Below are positions 51,801 through 63,274 of a DNA stretch of 64,000 nucleotides, piece after piece. The translations under genes were made by a program, and so were the position numbers. The first letter of the stretch is position 1; every line of letters starts with the position of its first letter. The notes beneath the pieces are model-generated. The model did not search any database. It saw only the letters and a list, made by a program, of their open reading frames with translations, and was not told the origin of the DNA. Source of the stretch: Microcoleus sp. Its GTDB lineage: Bacteria; Cyanobacteriota; Cyanobacteriia; Cyanobacteriales; Microcoleaceae. Location: positions 192,001 to 256,000 of the forward strand of contig JAYFMW010000006.1 of the NCBI GenBank assembly GCA_042408215.1, in the 5' to 3' direction.

Positions 51801-53476
51801 TGGAATTTTACTCCCAGGATTCTGAAAGTTGGCTGAATTTTTTCTCGGATTTGGGAATGAGGCAAAATCCCGATGCTGACGACATTTTAGCCTGCATTGA
51901 CAATCTAATTCAAACCGCAAATCGATCGAGTACAAGTGCTGTTACTGATAGCTGCATTGCTGTTTTCAACTACATTGTTGACAACTGGGATGCGCTCAAA
52001 AATAGCAGAATTGCTAACAGCAACAAAACACTACCAGAAGCACTTACAGATAAACCTTGGCTTCCTGTCGAGGGAAATCCTGAGAAGTTAAGCCAATATT
52101 TCGGTGCTGCAAAACCTGAAGCGAGACTTTACCGTGCTAAAGGTTTGTGCTTCATTCAAGATGCTTGTTTAGTTGCTAGCCAAAAACTCATATTGGCGCG
52201 TCCTCAGCGAGACTTGCTGAAGGTAGAAATCAGGAATGCCCTTGGTTTTGAGCCTGTAGAACCAAATACAGTTATCGACCACTTTGATGTTATCATAAAA
52301 CTTTGGGAAAATTATATAATTCAATTATCCAACAATCAAAATACACTATTAGAATCAGTAAAGACAATTTACAAGTATTTTTATGATACTTTGGTAAAAA
52401 GCGGTATTTCGGGCGATCGCCAGAGGCAAATTCAACAGCGGTTTGCTCACCGCCAATGTCTGTGGGATGAGTCTACAGGCAAGTTTTGGCAGCCGAAACA
52501 CGCCTTTTTAGAGGATGTGCCGTTTTTCGGAAATCGCCGCACAACCATAGCTAGTTCTAATTCCCATTGCGAAGTTTATCAGTTGTTAGGACAAAGGCGA
52601 TCGCCCGTCGTACAAGACTACTTAGATTTCCTCACAGAACTAGCAGCAGAGTACGGCAACAACTCCTTAAATGAAGCGGATAAAAACTGTGCGATTCAGG
52701 TACTTAGCCGCCTGGAATCTCAACAGTTGTTAGAGGGAGTCGCAGTGAAAAATATACCGATTCTTACCGCGAACAACACACTTTGTCCAGCGGAAAAAGT
52801 TCTCATCCCCGACGCACCTTGGCGCAAAGATTATATTGACCCCAACCGGATACTTCACGAGCTAGTTTCTGCTAAATTTGCTAAATCCGTTGGCTGTCTT
52901 TCTTTACTAAAAGATGCAATAGAACGCCCGACAGAAGTCAAAACTTCTCGCAACACAAAAAGCTGCGATTGGTGTCTAGAATGGCAAAATACATTAAATT
53001 CAGCAGAATTTCGATCGGGTTTGCAGCGGTTGATTTTTCACGATCGCGAATCCGAACCAATTTTAGATGTAATCTGGCTCGCTCAAGCTAAAGTTTCCGC
53101 CGCCAGTCAAATTAATGTAGATTTATTTTTGAGCGATGAAACCAGAATTGCCACAGATATACCGGGCACTCAACACTTCGAGGAATTTAATAAAACTTTT
53201 CAGATTATCAGTAGCGGTAGCCGATATATTATGCTATGCTTTTTAACAGAAAGCGTTAACGCTAGACTCGGAGAATATGCAGTTAAAAATTTGCTCCCGC
53301 TAGCCAGCATTATTGATGCTAAACCGAGTATGATTAATAGTTTGCTAAACGAGTTGCGAATTAGGTCTTTACCATCGCTTGTTACTGCTACTGAATCGGA
53401 AAATCCAGAAGATAATATGACTAAAGCGGCGACAAATTCTAGGGGCGAGTCTTCAATTTACTGGGGCGCGTTTTGA
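48827..53476 (+). CDS. Sacsin-like protein with an N-terminal GHKL (HSP90-like) ATPase domain
   Basis: DYPEGVGILKELIQNADDA, GRFGVGFNAIYHVTDFP, GTLFRLPLR, YCFLPLP..TG.PVHINGFF, WNQLL. Confidence 0.88.
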   Translation: MTYSNSELEGKSFYQSEPLIARLRGIIRDYPEGVGILKELIQNADDAKATRVEITLDWRNHQVEKLPDDRMVRLMGPAMLVYNDRVFADKDFDSIRSLGQSEKARDLQKTGRFGVGFNAIYHVTDFPSFVSRDRIIFFDPHGVAIPGTSRQEPGREWNLADAKWYDKYPDFMQVYAAGGLPFGDTNFQGTLFRLPLRTTESAKNSEIRKQAFTESNVKELLDELRQSGEELLLFLKSVQEIRVYEILANSQETRQEILAIVTKNPQEVREARQKLLDAIPDTPDKLLELCHHNPDGLVSVSYRHEIETISCDRTIKSTWRTVSLIRTDSGDDLAKVIAAMHESQEKVVPWAGAAARISAVSTEGNLPPVSGKVYCFLPLPLETGWPVHINGFFNLNSSRDNLSSDSGQTGKDRPRSIWNQLLARHVLAHAYANLIVDLVQDIGRFQAEEFYKFWPISKITTSKALEELHNFVMQLLYHKPVVRSAVKHIVTEGQINETRWVTPPTVQNLPSKKWWDELLAPLCADNIDIPNPPLPDSILAAFKDAGLPLPTFTATNLRKHLTENKSLGVSLSDAPKASLRNRQWIGNMLRYCLSDKCQDLRGLPLAILADNTLQVFGYNAIGTIYIADEAQRGIFANYPDWFLHQDLTKLLPGYNIIGISNMTAAEVAKKLVNVIGSTQSEIDWNPDAPHPPNAEWLTLVYQYFYNISPRYLSQETVENLKKVALVPGNHGKLYKGGTVDTPLLRGDKIEAETIAAVEYFGATLVKAPAKLEGAIAQFADRHKNQLVYCITGPDILDIVYSRCDRGLPPYDEQHYTHLLNFLASLEQRNYDETRQNKLRQLPIYPTTSGEIVSLNSENVYLTGDGYAPPEIAGNLRLLCLGKNREWLSLFQYLQVPILNRARLIRDCLLPEYASFSPEEQLIALTWIRDNLTKASIELEKGGENALGFNEELKKARLVRCSDRRLRSAQLIYNPLSEVVRDIIGNVAAIPDMEFYSQDSESWLNFFSDLGMRQNPDADDILACIDNLIQTANRSSTSAVTDSCIAVFNYIVDNWDALKNSRIANSNKTLPEALTDKPWLPVEGNPEKLSQYFGAAKPEARLYRAKGLCFIQDACLVASQKLILARPQRDLLKVEIRNALGFEPVEPNTVIDHFDVIIKLWENYIIQLSNNQNTLLESVKTIYKYFYDTLVKSGISGDRQRQIQQRFAHRQCLWDESTGKFWQPKHAFLEDVPFFGNRRTTIASSNSHCEVYQLLGQRRSPVVQDYLDFLTELAAEYGNNSLNEADKNCAIQVLSRLESQQLLEGVAVKNIPILTANNTLCPAEKVLIPDAPWRKDYIDPNRILHELVSAKFAKSVGCLSLLKDAIERPTEVKTSRNTKSCDWCLEWQNTLNSAEFRSGLQRLIFHDRESEPILDVIWLAQAKVSAASQINVDLFLSDETRIATDIPGTQHFEEFNKTFQIISSGSRYIMLCFLTESVNARLGEYAVKNLLPLASIIDAKPSMINSLLNELRIRSLPSLVTATESENPEDNMTKAATNSRGESSIYWGAF

Positions 53477-53597
53477 GGGAGTAATAATGGAGTAATATCA
53501 GATCCGCTCTTCATCGTCCTGTATTCATCTCTCCGATCTCCCTCTGTGTTCTCTGCGTTCTCTGTGGTTAAATCATGACTATGCAAGCAGATGACAC

Positions 53598-56500
53598 TTA
53601 AACTGACAGGAAATCCGACTCTGTAATCTGGTTATTAGCGCCAATTACCCTAGCCAAAACTTGATTAGTTCCGGCTACTTGCAGTAAAAATTCATTCGCA
53701 GTTTGGCTGATTTGCAATTGTTGGAAACTCAGGCCACCAGCCAGGACAAACTTGTCAACTCCTACTTCAAAATTGAGTATGGTATCGGTACCGCCGTTGT
53801 TAGCGCTTAACACGAAGCGATCGCCCCCAACACCTCCAATCAAAGTATCCTCGCCCCCGTCGCCAAACAGCCAGTCATCGCCCATACCTCCAGAAAGAAC
53901 ATCACGATCGTTCCCTCCCTTGAGAGTATCGTTACCATCATCGCCATTGAGAGTATCTTGACCCTCATTCCCATAAAGCAAGTCATCGCCACTGTCGCCG
54001 TTGATACAATCTTCCTGCCCGATCGCCCCGAATGCAACTCCTTGGTCATCAGCCCGATCGCCAAAAATGGTATCGTTACCCTCATCACCGCACAAAATAT
54101 CGCCACCGTCATCACCGTAAACTAAATCATCGCCAGCATCTCCGTGTACCAAGTCGTCATCCTTGTCGCCACGAAGGGTATCGTTACCAAAACCCCCACT
54201 CAAAGAGTCGGAACTTTCGCCACCATTCAGGAAGTCATTCCCATCTCCGCCAAACAACAAATCGCGGCCATTAACATCACTAACTAACTGGTTTTGTAAA
54301 CCACCGTAAAGCGAGTCGTCCCCCCGATCGCCGATGATCGTGTCAGCGCCGAGTTCGCCCCAAATCATGTCATGATCTTTGCCACCATAAACTAAGTCGT
54401 TACCTTTACCGACGAAAATGCTGTCATCGCCACAGCCACCGCCGATGATATCGTCATTGTTATTGCCAAAAATTAAGTCACCTTCGGAAGTAGCCACAAT
54501 ACTGCCAAAAACAGTGCCGTAATCGCCGAGTATGGTGTCAGAACCTCGGCCGCCGTAGAGTGTGTCGGTGTCAGCTTCGCCGAAAATGCGATCGCCCCCC
54601 TTTCCGCCAAACACCAAATCGCGACCACCACCACCCAGCAAACTATCATCATTCTCTTGACCATTGAGTAGGTTGTTACCGTCCCCTCCAAACAGCAAAT
54701 CGCGCCCGTCAGAGTCGCCAGTGAGGGAATTGAGAACACCGCCGAACAGGGAATCGTCTCCCTTGTCACCCAGCAAAGTATCCGCGCCCCGATCGCCCCA
54801 AATCAGGTCATTATCCTTGCCACCGTGGGCGATATCGCCACCTTTACCCCCGTACACGGTGTCATTACCTTGATTGCCGCCGATCGCATCAGCACCTTCT
54901 CCACCGAAAATTAGGTCGCCGTCGTCACCGGTCAGGTCAAAATTGTTACCATTGTCACCGACGATCGTATCCGGGCTGCGATCGCCATACAATGTGTCGG
55001 AATTGCGATCGCCAAAAATGCGATCGTCATCCTTACCCCCAAAAACCAGATCATTCTCTTTGCCGCTATAAACGACATCATTACCACTCCCCGCAGCAAT
55101 CAAGTCCCGTCCTTGGTCCCCGAAGACAATATCGGCCCCGCCTTCACCTAAAACCGTGTCATCGCCCGCTTCACAAACAAACAATTCGTTAACATCCGAA
55201 TCTGTTAAAAAATCGTTTCCGGGAGTGCCGAAAACAGCATTTCCGATGTCTCCTGACTCTGCGGCATTTGACTCAAAGTTAAGTACCGGCGGCTGCGGGG
55301 GCTCGATAAAAGTTACCGAAGGCACCAGGGACAGAGGTTCGCAACCGCAACCCGCATCCGGTTCAGGTACCCGATTCAGGACGGGAGTCGGCTTTTCGGT
55401 TGGAGTTGGAGTCGGATTTTCGGTTGGAGTTGGAGTCGGCGTCGGTTCGGGGATTGGAGTCGGCTTTTCGGTTGGAGTCGGAGTCGGAGTCGGCTTTTCG
55501 GTTGGAGTCGGAGTCGGAGTCGGATTTTCGGTTGGAGTCGGAGTCGGAGTCGGATTTTCGGTTGGAGTCGGAGTCGGAGTCGGATTTTCGGTTGGAGTCG
55601 GAGTCGGAGTCGGATTTTCGGTTGGAGTCGGAGTCGGAGTCGGATTTTCGGTTGGAGTCGGAGTCGGAGTCGGATTTTCGGTTGGAGTCGGAGTCGGAGT
55701 CGGATTTTCGGTTGGAGTCGGAGTCGGAGTCGGATTTTCGGTTGGAGTCGGAGTCGGAGTCGGATTTTCGGTTGGAGTCGGAGTCGGAGTCGGCTTTTCG
55801 GTTGGCGTCGGAGTCGGAGTCGGATTTTCGGTTGGAGTCGGAGTCGGAGTCGGATTTTCGGTTGGAGTCGGAGTCGGAGTCGGATTTTCGGTTGGAGTCG
55901 GAGTCGGAGTCGGCTTTTCGGTTGGCGTCGGAGTCGGAGTCGGAGTCGGCGTCGGAGTCGGTGTTTCGGTTGGAGTCGGAGTCGGCGTTTCGGTTGGAGT
56001 CGGCGTCGGCGTCGGCGTTTCGGTTGGAGTTGGCGTCGGCGTCGGTTCCTGAAGCGGAATGACAGAGACAGTAGCAACTGTCGCACTGGTGGCGCCGAGG
56101 TTGTCCGTAGCGCTGTAGGTAAAGCTAGCCCCTGTGAAATTGTCAGCAGCCTGGAAAAACAATTGGCTAATTTGATCCGGCGTCAGGGTTTGACCCCCCG
56201 TCACCCGCACTCCCAGGCTGGGTTCGCCCAAAAACAGGATGCCTTGAATTGTTGGCGGCAAAGTCTCGATCGCAAAAGAAGCTACCCAGCCGTCCGCATC
56301 TCTACCTCCGAGTCCGCCAATTTTGACAGCGCTATTGGGTGCCACTGTAGCGTTGCTGTTGTCCGCTACAGGGGCTTGGTTGGGGGTTGTAGGGGGGAGT
56401 AAGATGCTGGTGATGACAGTGGCCCTGGACTCGGAACCGTTGTTGTTGCTTGGTTCGAGGTCGGAGGTGGTCGATCGACTGCTGGAAGTATTTCTGATGC

Positions 56501-59327
56501 TGCTGGCGATCGCTGGAACCACTAAAGTTACCAAGCGATTAGTGCTGCTACTAACAGCCAAATTAGGAATAGTCGGAAATGTGACCACCCCTGAAACTAG
56601 ATCGTAAGTACCACCATCCGATACGCTGACACCTGTTAACCCCGGAACAATACTGTCAGCGATCGTCACCCCTTCTGCGAGACTAGGGCCATTGTTGACA
56701 GTAGTAATCCTGTAGGTAACAGTCTCACCAGTCGCCGCCGTCCTAGGCCCCGATTTAGTCGTTACCAGGTCAGCGTTTGGAGCGATCGTTGTAGAGACAC
56801 TAGAGTTAGTGGGAGTGCCGTCTTTGTTGGTTGCTGAGCCGTTGTTGTTGGTACTCACCGGGTCGGGAGTCGTTGAGCTGCTCCGAGCCGTGTTGCTGAC
56901 CGATTTAAGGGTCGCTGGGGCGATGAAACTGACGGTGCGGGTGGCAGTATTTGCATTTGCCAGCGTCCCTAGTACGGGGAAGGTGACAAGGCCCGAAACA
57001 GGGTTATAACTGCCACCATCCGATACGCTGACACCCGTTAAACCTGGAACAATACTGTCAGAGATAGTGACATTGCTTGCCGAGTCCGGCCCCTTGTTGA
57101 TTGTGCTCAGGGTGTAGGTGATGCTTGACCCGGCCCCAATAGTCACAGGCCCACTTTTCGTAGTAACTAAATCCGCTACCTCACCGACAACAGTCGTAGA
57201 GATTACACCAGGCCCCTCGGATTGTCCCGGCGGCAGTACACCATTGTTGTTGCTCAGGTCGGAATCGAAAGTCGAGGTAGTGCTGAATGCAGTATTGGTA
57301 AAACTGCTACCGCCCCCTAAGCCTGGGGGTACAGAAACAGTCAGCGTATAAGTCACAGTCTCCCCCGGATTCAGCCGGGGAATTAGCGGCCAGGTGACAG
57401 ACCTCGTGGCGTTCTGGTAAGTGCCGTTGTTGGAATTAGTCAGAACCGGAGGTAATCCGCCTGGGAGAAGCAGTTCTGAGGGTATTTCGTCTTGAATCAG
57501 CACATTTTCGGCCGGGGATGGCCCCCTGTTTGTCGTCGCGATCGTATAGGTAATGCTACCCCCAGGCTTGACGAATTGCGGCCCAGTCTTAATCGTGGTA
57601 ATGTCGGTCGCGATCGTCGGAGGAGCGATCGTCTCAACCACTAAATTTTGAACCTCGTGATAATTATTAGCCTCTCCCGTTGAACTAGCAAAACCAAATT
57701 TGAAAGTAGGCGGCATCAGAGGGCCATTCACAGCATTCAAATTAGGGAGATCAACCACAGTTGTCTCGAAAGAGCCATCAAAATTAGTATCAAATGCAAC
57801 CCTCAGTCCATTAGGATTGACAGGATCATTAGGGGGATTCAGCGTAATTTGAACCGATCTCCTGGCTGCAATCCGATTAGTTGTCAGCGTAGTGCTAAAA
57901 GTACCAGGAGGTAGAGGATTTATATTAGAAACACCTGCATGGCCTGGAACATTATCTATGCCAAAACTAACCGACTGCGTAGCAATTAAAGGATACCCCA
58001 ACAAAGAAGTAGCCCCTTGACGCCCTCTAATTGTTACCGAATCCGGTCTTTGTCCAGTATCGCGAATACTTACTGGATTACCACCTAAACCATTGTCGCC
58101 TGGAGGTTTTTCATCTTTACTAGAAAACAAGCCAAACTCATCTAACCCGACACCCAAATAGCCTCCCAAAATTCCCGGTATAGGGGCAAAAGTGGGATTT
58201 GGTGGGTAGATAGTTCCGGGATATTTCGGGGCATAGGCCAGAGAACCGCCAAAGCCTCCAGCCTTTGTTGGCGAAGCAGTACCGTCAACTAAAAAGAAAC
58301 TAATGCCGTCCCCTGGCTGCGGTTGTAGATTTGGATCTAATTGAAATTGCTGAGTGGAACCGTAGGAATAGAAATCAAACTTAACCCTCAGACCATCAGT
58401 GGAAGAAATGGGGTTATTGTAAATAACAAAAGAATCCCGAATGTTTTGCGCTGAAGTTAATCGCAGAACTCCACTACCCGAAGTATCTCCGCCCAAAGCT
58501 GGAAGTACCCCCGATACTGTTCCTCCCGTAATCCCAGGGATAGATTGATTAGCCGGTGGAGTCGGATCGCTAGGATCAAACAGCCTCCCGCCCGTTCCCC
58601 CGTATAGCCAAGGCCCCCTAACAGTAGAATTCTTGAAAGTCTCATTAACCAATGTGACAAGAACATAACCGTAGGCCTTCAGCACCTCTTTTTCAATAGC
58701 GATATCTCTGAGAATTTCCCCTGTTGCAAATTCTAATTCCCAGTCGCCACCGAGAGCCGCATTCCCCGTCAAATCCTCCGAAGCCGCCATATCAGCACCC
58801 GCAATTTCGCTCAGCCGCCGCAGGAAAGCTCTGCCACTTTCCCCTGCTGCGATGCTGCATCCGAATAATAAGATATTCCCTCTCTCGCTGAGGGCTTTTC
58901 CCCACTGTTGCAACAAATGGCTGTAGGTTTCTAAGTTGTCGCTGTTGAGTTCGAGCGACCCTATTTGCACCCCGGCTGGTCGGCCGTGTGAAACTATCTG
59001 AAGGCTGTCTAAATCGCTGTAATTAGCCAGAATGCTAGTAATTTGCTCGACTCCATCCCGCGTCGAGTCGAGTAGGAATACCTCTGTTCCCGCTCTTGCT
59101 CCCTTTGCCAAGTTCTCCCAGTTTTCTACTCTCGAATCGATGAACAGTAATTGGGAATTGGGAATTGGGCATTGGGAATTGGGCATTGGGAATTCGTGGC
59201 TCACCTGGTGGCAGTATTTTGACTCTGGATAAGTTGCTGTTGTTCGGGAGTTTTTGCCAGCAATGTTTGTGGTGCAGCTACCTGCTTGTTGGGTGGGAAA
59301 TACTGGTTTGTTGCAGATGCTTTGCAT
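53598..59327 (-). CDS. Giant RTX-type surface protein: DUF4347, L-type lectin-like domain, three DUF11 repeats, PT linker, many Ca-binding nonapeptides (start uncertain)
   Basis: [21 protein letters not shown] (DUF4347); [29 protein letters not shown] (lectin-like); [10 protein letters not shown] repeats; GGxGxD arrays. Confidence 0.88.
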   Translation of the reverse strand: MQSICNKPVFPTQQAGSCTTNIAGKNSRTTATYPESKYCHQVSHEFPMPNSQCPIPNSQLLFIDSRVENWENLAKGARAGTEVFLLDSTRDGVEQITSILANYSDLDSLQIVSHGRPAGVQIGSLELNSDNLETYSHLLQQWGKALSERGNILLFGCSIAAGESGRAFLRRLSEIAGADMAASEDLTGNAALGGDWELEFATGEILRDIAIEKEVLKAYGYVLVTLVNETFKNSTVRGPWLYGGTGGRLFDPSDPTPPANQSIPGITGGTVSGVLPALGGDTSGSGVLRLTSAQNIRDSFVIYNNPISSTDGLRVKFDFYSYGSTQQFQLDPNLQPQPGDGISFFLVDGTASPTKAGGFGGSLAYAPKYPGTIYPPNPTFAPIPGILGGYLGVGLDEFGLFSSKDEKPPGDNGLGGNPVSIRDTGQRPDSVTIRGRQGATSLLGYPLIATQSVSFGIDNVPGHAGVSNINPLPPGTFSTTLTTNRIAARRSVQITLNPPNDPVNPNGLRVAFDTNFDGSFETTVVDLPNLNAVNGPLMPPTFKFGFASSTGEANNYHEVQNLVVETIAPPTIATDITTIKTGPQFVKPGGSITYTIATTNRGPSPAENVLIQDEIPSELLLPGGLPPVLTNSNNGTYQNATRSVTWPLIPRLNPGETVTYTLTVSVPPGLGGGSSFTNTAFSTTSTFDSDLSNNNGVLPPGQSEGPGVISTTVVGEVADLVTTKSGPVTIGAGSSITYTLSTINKGPDSASNVTISDSIVPGLTGVSVSDGGSYNPVSGLVTFPVLGTLANANTATRTVSFIAPATLKSVSNTARSSSTTPDPVSTNNNGSATNKDGTPTNSSVSTTIAPNADLVTTKSGPRTAATGETVTYRITTVNNGPSLAEGVTIADSIVPGLTGVSVSDGGTYDLVSGVVTFPTIPNLAVSSSTNRLVTLVVPAIASSIRNTSSSRSTTSDLEPSNNNGSESRATVITSILLPPTTPNQAPVADNSNATVAPNSAVKIGGLGGRDADGWVASFAIETLPPTIQGILFLGEPSLGVRVTGGQTLTPDQISQLFFQAADNFTGASFTYSATDNLGATSATVATVSVIPLQEPTPTPTPTETPTPTPTPTETPTPTPTETPTPTPTPTPTPTPTEKPTPTPTPTENPTPTPTPTENPTPTPTPTENPTPTPTPTEKPTPTPTPTENPTPTPTPTENPTPTPTPTENPTPTPTPTENPTPTPTPTENPTPTPTPTENPTPTPTPTENPTPTPTPTENPTPTPTPTENPTPTPTPTEKPTPTPTPTEKPTPIPEPTPTPTPTENPTPTPTEKPTPVLNRVPEPDAGCGCEPLSLVPSVTFIEPPQPPVLNFESNAAESGDIGNAVFGTPGNDFLTDSDVNELFVCEAGDDTVLGEGGADIVFGDQGRDLIAAGSGNDVVYSGKENDLVFGGKDDDRIFGDRNSDTLYGDRSPDTIVGDNGNNFDLTGDDGDLIFGGEGADAIGGNQGNDTVYGGKGGDIAHGGKDNDLIWGDRGADTLLGDKGDDSLFGGVLNSLTGDSDGRDLLFGGDGNNLLNGQENDDSLLGGGGRDLVFGGKGGDRIFGEADTDTLYGGRGSDTILGDYGTVFGSIVATSEGDLIFGNNNDDIIGGGCGDDSIFVGKGNDLVYGGKDHDMIWGELGADTIIGDRGDDSLYGGLQNQLVSDVNGRDLLFGGDGNDFLNGGESSDSLSGGFGNDTLRGDKDDDLVHGDAGDDLVYGDDGGDILCGDEGNDTIFGDRADDQGVAFGAIGQEDCINGDSGDDLLYGNEGQDTLNGDDGNDTLKGGNDRDVLSGGMGDDWLFGDGGEDTLIGGVGGDRFVLSANNGGTDTILNFEVGVDKFVLAGGLSFQQLQISQTANEFLLQVAGTNQVLARVIGANNQITESDFLSV
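55380..56050 (-). repeat. 30-bp tandem repeat encoding [10 protein letters not shown]
   Basis: Near-perfect GTTGGAGTCGGAGTCGGAGTCGGATTTTCG units. Confidence 0.95.
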
Positions 59328-59448
59328 GGTTATATGACCTCACATATTGTCGTTCAGATGCCGATTTTACCGATGATAATTATCACATCTTGAACCTATT
59401 GAATTGAAGACTTGGACGCTAGGACTGCTTGACGGCACTGGCGATAGT

Positions 59449-59496
59449 ATGTTGTCGAAGATGTTGTCGAAGATGTTGTCGAAGATGTTGTCGAAG
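59449..59496. repeat. 12-bp tandem repeat x4 (ATGTTGTCGAAG)
   Basis: Directly visible upstream of the giant surface protein. Confidence 0.9.
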
Positions 59497-60267
59497 AGGC
59501 AGATTTTTTTCAGCGTATGCGATCGGCAGAGGCCCTTGCTATCTTGCTATTTGAGCGCACTAAAAATATTGCCTAACGAGCAGCAATGCTGAACTTTCAA
59601 ACCCCAATAATTTATCTATCGGTTTTGAGTTTTTCTGATGCTTTGTGTCTGCAATAAATAACGACCGAACGTCTCAAAAATGGATTTATGAATTTGTCTG
59701 TAGCTCTTCTACTGGACTTGATTTAAACAGAATTTTCACAGTAGCAACCAGAAAATAACTATGGTTGCGATTGCTTGGCCGTGATGGATGTGACATAATT
59801 TGGCCCGTAGTACGCTAGTTTTCATTCTCTAGAAATTGGCATACCCTGTATCGAGGCTTCTGCAATATTCAGGACTTGCAGTCGGGAAACAAAAAATCAA
59901 CGTTTGAGATTGCTTTGCTTCGATCGCAAAAACAGAACATTGCTATGGACAGCCAAGTTATCGAACTGTAAACTTAGAGTCTTTGAACAGTTTTTTTGTT
60001 AAAGTAGATAATTTGGACAATGTTCCACGTAGATTTTTTGAGGTGCTGTTTGAGAAGTCGGCTGGCAAATTTGCCATCAGGCTAATGGGGAGTTGTCTTA
60101 GTTAATTTTCTTAACTAGAAACATACTCACTGCAATCGACCAGTTATACCAAGGTTCTAAAGCTGAGCCCTGAGAAAAAGCTCAAACAACAATCCTTACA
60201 CGTAAGTACATACTAACCGATGATTAGTACATCCGCAAATACTCGTAGATACAAGCCCCAATACAAG

Positions 60268-60588
60268 CTAGATCTTTTCACCGCGAACGTCAATAGTTCT
60301 GGCTTTGTAGTGCAGACAATCTTTACAGGGGCCATCTGGGTTGATGGCGCAGCGCAGATAATTAGACCGCGCATTGTACTCGCAAGTGAGATCTCCGATC
60401 GAATAACCGAAGCCTTGTATATAAGTTCGATCGCCCGTTTGTACTTGAGTGCCCCAGGGTCTATTTGCTACCGCCAGCCTGGCCGCTGCAATTCTTTCGC
60501 GGGTTTCGGTTGTTGAATTACGCATCACCCACAAAGATAGCAACCACGGAGTTAAACCGATGAAAAAAATTAGGATAGGTGTTAACAC
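60268..60588 (-). CDS. DUF6464-like small Cys-rich membrane protein
   Basis: N-terminal TM; IGDLTCEYNARSNYLRCAINPDGPCKDCLHY. Confidence 0.8.
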   Translation of the reverse strand: MLTPILIFFIGLTPWLLSLWVMRNSTTETRERIAAARLAVANRPWGTQVQTGDRTYIQGFGYSIGDLTCEYNARSNYLRCAINPDGPCKDCLHYKARTIDVRGEKI

Positions 60589-60744
60589 GTTTTCTAAGCT
60601 TGTGTTGAAAATATTTTTTTAATTGAGACGATCGATTTAAGAAAATTAGTTAAACGCAGACGGTTTGAAATTTAGAAAGTTCCCGGTCGCTGTCTCATAA
60701 TATTCAGAAACTTTTGAGTTTTAAGTTAACCAACAGAAGGTCCA

Positions 60745-60777
60745 GCCCCCCGACTTCTTTAAGAAGTCGGGGGGCTA
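60745..60777. terminator. Strong hairpin downstream of ppsA (terminator or REP-like element)
   Basis: AGCCCCCCGACTTCTT-T-AAGAAGTCGGGGGGCT. Confidence 0.55.
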
Positions 60778-60793
60778 ACAGCTATGGTGTGTT

Positions 60794-63274
60794 CTATGAA
60801 ACCTGCGCTACATCCATCACCAAATCCATCGCAGTCGCCGCACCCTCCACCTTAGCAACATCCAACAAAGTCTTCAAAACCGAATCAGGATTCAAACTAA
60901 TCGAATCAATTCCCAACTCAACCAAGAAGCGAGCAAATTCTGGATAATCACTAGGCGCTTGACCACAAATTCCAATCTTGCGGCCATACTTCTTCGCGGC
61001 TTTAATCGCAATTTCCACCATCCGCTTCACAGCTTCATTCCGTTCATCAAAGATGTGGGCGACTAAAGCAGAATCCCGGTCTAATCCCAATGTTAGCTGA
61101 GTTAGATCGTTAGAGCCGATCGAGAATCCGTCAAACACTTGCGCGAATTCATCAGCAAATATGACATTGCTAGGCAATTCGCACATCACATACACCTGCA
61201 AGCCATTTTCGCCCTTGACTAAACCGTGTTTCGCCATCTCAGCTAACACTTTTCGCCCTTCCTCCGGCGTGCGACAAAATGGAATCATTGGAATCACATT
61301 TGTCAAGCCCATTTCATCCCGAACTCGCTTCAATGCCTTGCATTCCAAAGCGTAAGCTTCGCGGTAATTCGGGTCGTAATAGCGAGACGCGCCACGCCAC
61401 CCAATCATCGGGTTTTCTTCCTGGGGTTCAAATTGCCGCCCTCCCAAAAGATTAGCATATTCGTTGCTCTTGAAATCGCTCATCCGCACGATTACTGGAT
61501 TGGGATAAAATGCGGCGGCGATTGTACCAATCCCGTGGGCTAATTTGTCGGTGAAGAAATCGGGTTTGTTTTGGTAAAGTGCTGTCATTTCGGCAATCTT
61601 TTCCTTGACAGATTGATCTACCAATTCGTCAAAGTGAATCAGTGCCAGCGGGTGTGCTTTAATGTGATTGGCAATGATGAATTCCAGTCGCGCCAAGCCT
61701 ACGCCGTCGCAAGGAATTGCTGATAAACCAAAAGCTTCTTCTGGATTACCGACATTCATTAAAATTTGAGTGCGAGTGCGGGGCAAATTGTCGATCGCAG
61801 TTTCTTGAATTTCAAAAGGAACCAAACCGGCATAAACTCTGCCTTCCTCTCCTTCTGAACAAGAAATCGTGATTTCTTGTTTGTTTTTCAAGACTTTGGT
61901 AGCGTCGCCGGTGCCGACAATTGCGGGAATTCCCATTTCCCGTGCGATGATGGCGGCGTGGCAAGTGCGGCCGCCGGAATTGGTGACGATCGCACTGGCT
62001 TTTTTCATGATTGGTTCCCAATCGGGGTCAGTTTTATTGGTGACTAAAACTTCTCCTGCTTCAAATTCAGCGATTTTGTGAACGTCTAAAATTACGCGGG
62101 CTTTTCCTTGTCCGATCGCTTCGCCAACGGCGCGTCCTTTTGCCAAAATTGCGCTGGAACCTTGCAATTTGTAGTTCCGCAAAACTGTAGCAGACTTTTG
62201 AGATTGTACTGTTTCTGGTCGCGCTTGGACGATAAACAATGCGCCAGTATTGCCGTCTTTTGCCCACTCAATGTCCATCGGGGTGTAAGTTCCGCGCACT
62301 TGGGAGTAGTGTTCTTCTATTAGTACGGCCCACAGTGCTAATTGCAGAATTTCGTCATCCTCAATGGCAAATTTATCTTGTTCTGTTGCCGGCACCGCTA
62401 GGTTTTTGGTGTATTTGGAACCGCCAATATCGTACACCATTTTGAGTTCTTTGCTGCCGAGGCGTTTGTCTAAGATTGGGCGAAAACCTTGTTTTAATGT
62501 AGGTTTAAATACAAAGAATTCGTCGGGGTTTACGGTACCTTGGACAACGTTTTCGCCTAATCCGTAGGCGGCGGTAACTAATACGGCGTTTTTGAAACCG
62601 GTTTCGGTGTCGATGCTGAACATGACGCCGGAGGATGCTAAGTCCGATCGCACCATTTTTTGCACGCCGACTGATAACGCGACTTCAAAGTGGTCGAATC
62701 CTCGGAGTTCGCGGTAGGAAATCGCCCTGTCGGTGAATATGGAAGCGAAGCATTTGTGGCAGCATTCGAGCACGCTGGTGTAACCATGAACGTTCAGGTA
62801 AGTTTCTTGCTGTCCCGCGAAACTGGCGTCGGGTAAGTCTTCGGCGGTGGCGGAGGAACGCACTGCTACGTCTGTACTGTCGCCGTATACAGTGCACAAT
62901 TTATCGTAAGCTTGGGCGATCGCCACTTGCAAGTCTTGCGGAAACGGCGTGTCGAGAATCAGTGTCCGCGCTTGCTTGCCTTTTTGGCGCAGGTTATTGA
63001 CATCTTCTACTTCCAAGTCGGCAAATATTTCGCGCAATTTAGCATCTAAACCCGCCGACTCGATGAAGTAGCGGTAAGCGTATGCTGTAGTTGCAAATCC
63101 GTTCGGAACATTCACTCCTTTGGAAGTTAGCTGTTGAATCATTTCCCCCAAAGAAGCATTTTTGCCGCCGACTAAGGAGATGTCAGCGATGCCGACTTCA
63201 TCGAACCACAATACTAAGGCTTTGTCTTTGGGAATTTGAATCTGCTTTTCTTGAATTGTTAATTTTTTCGTCAT
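60794..63274 (-). CDS. ppsA: Phosphoenolpyruvate synthase
   Basis: VGGKNASLGEM, VRSSATAEDLP.ASFAGQQ, GGRTCHAAIIAREMG, EENPMIGWRG, FSIGSNDLTQ. Confidence 0.98.
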   Translation of the reverse strand: MTKKLTIQEKQIQIPKDKALVLWFDEVGIADISLVGGKNASLGEMIQQLTSKGVNVPNGFATTAYAYRYFIESAGLDAKLREIFADLEVEDVNNLRQKGKQARTLILDTPFPQDLQVAIAQAYDKLCTVYGDSTDVAVRSSATAEDLPDASFAGQQETYLNVHGYTSVLECCHKCFASIFTDRAISYRELRGFDHFEVALSVGVQKMVRSDLASSGVMFSIDTETGFKNAVLVTAAYGLGENVVQGTVNPDEFFVFKPTLKQGFRPILDKRLGSKELKMVYDIGGSKYTKNLAVPATEQDKFAIEDDEILQLALWAVLIEEHYSQVRGTYTPMDIEWAKDGNTGALFIVQARPETVQSQKSATVLRNYKLQGSSAILAKGRAVGEAIGQGKARVILDVHKIAEFEAGEVLVTNKTDPDWEPIMKKASAIVTNSGGRTCHAAIIAREMGIPAIVGTGDATKVLKNKQEITISCSEGEEGRVYAGLVPFEIQETAIDNLPRTRTQILMNVGNPEEAFGLSAIPCDGVGLARLEFIIANHIKAHPLALIHFDELVDQSVKEKIAEMTALYQNKPDFFTDKLAHGIGTIAAAFYPNPVIVRMSDFKSNEYANLLGGRQFEPQEENPMIGWRGASRYYDPNYREAYALECKALKRVRDEMGLTNVIPMIPFCRTPEEGRKVLAEMAKHGLVKGENGLQVYVMCELPSNVIFADEFAQVFDGFSIGSNDLTQLTLGLDRDSALVAHIFDERNEAVKRMVEIAIKAAKKYGRKIGICGQAPSDYPEFARFLVELGIDSISLNPDSVLKTLLDVAKVEGAATAMDLVMDVAQVS

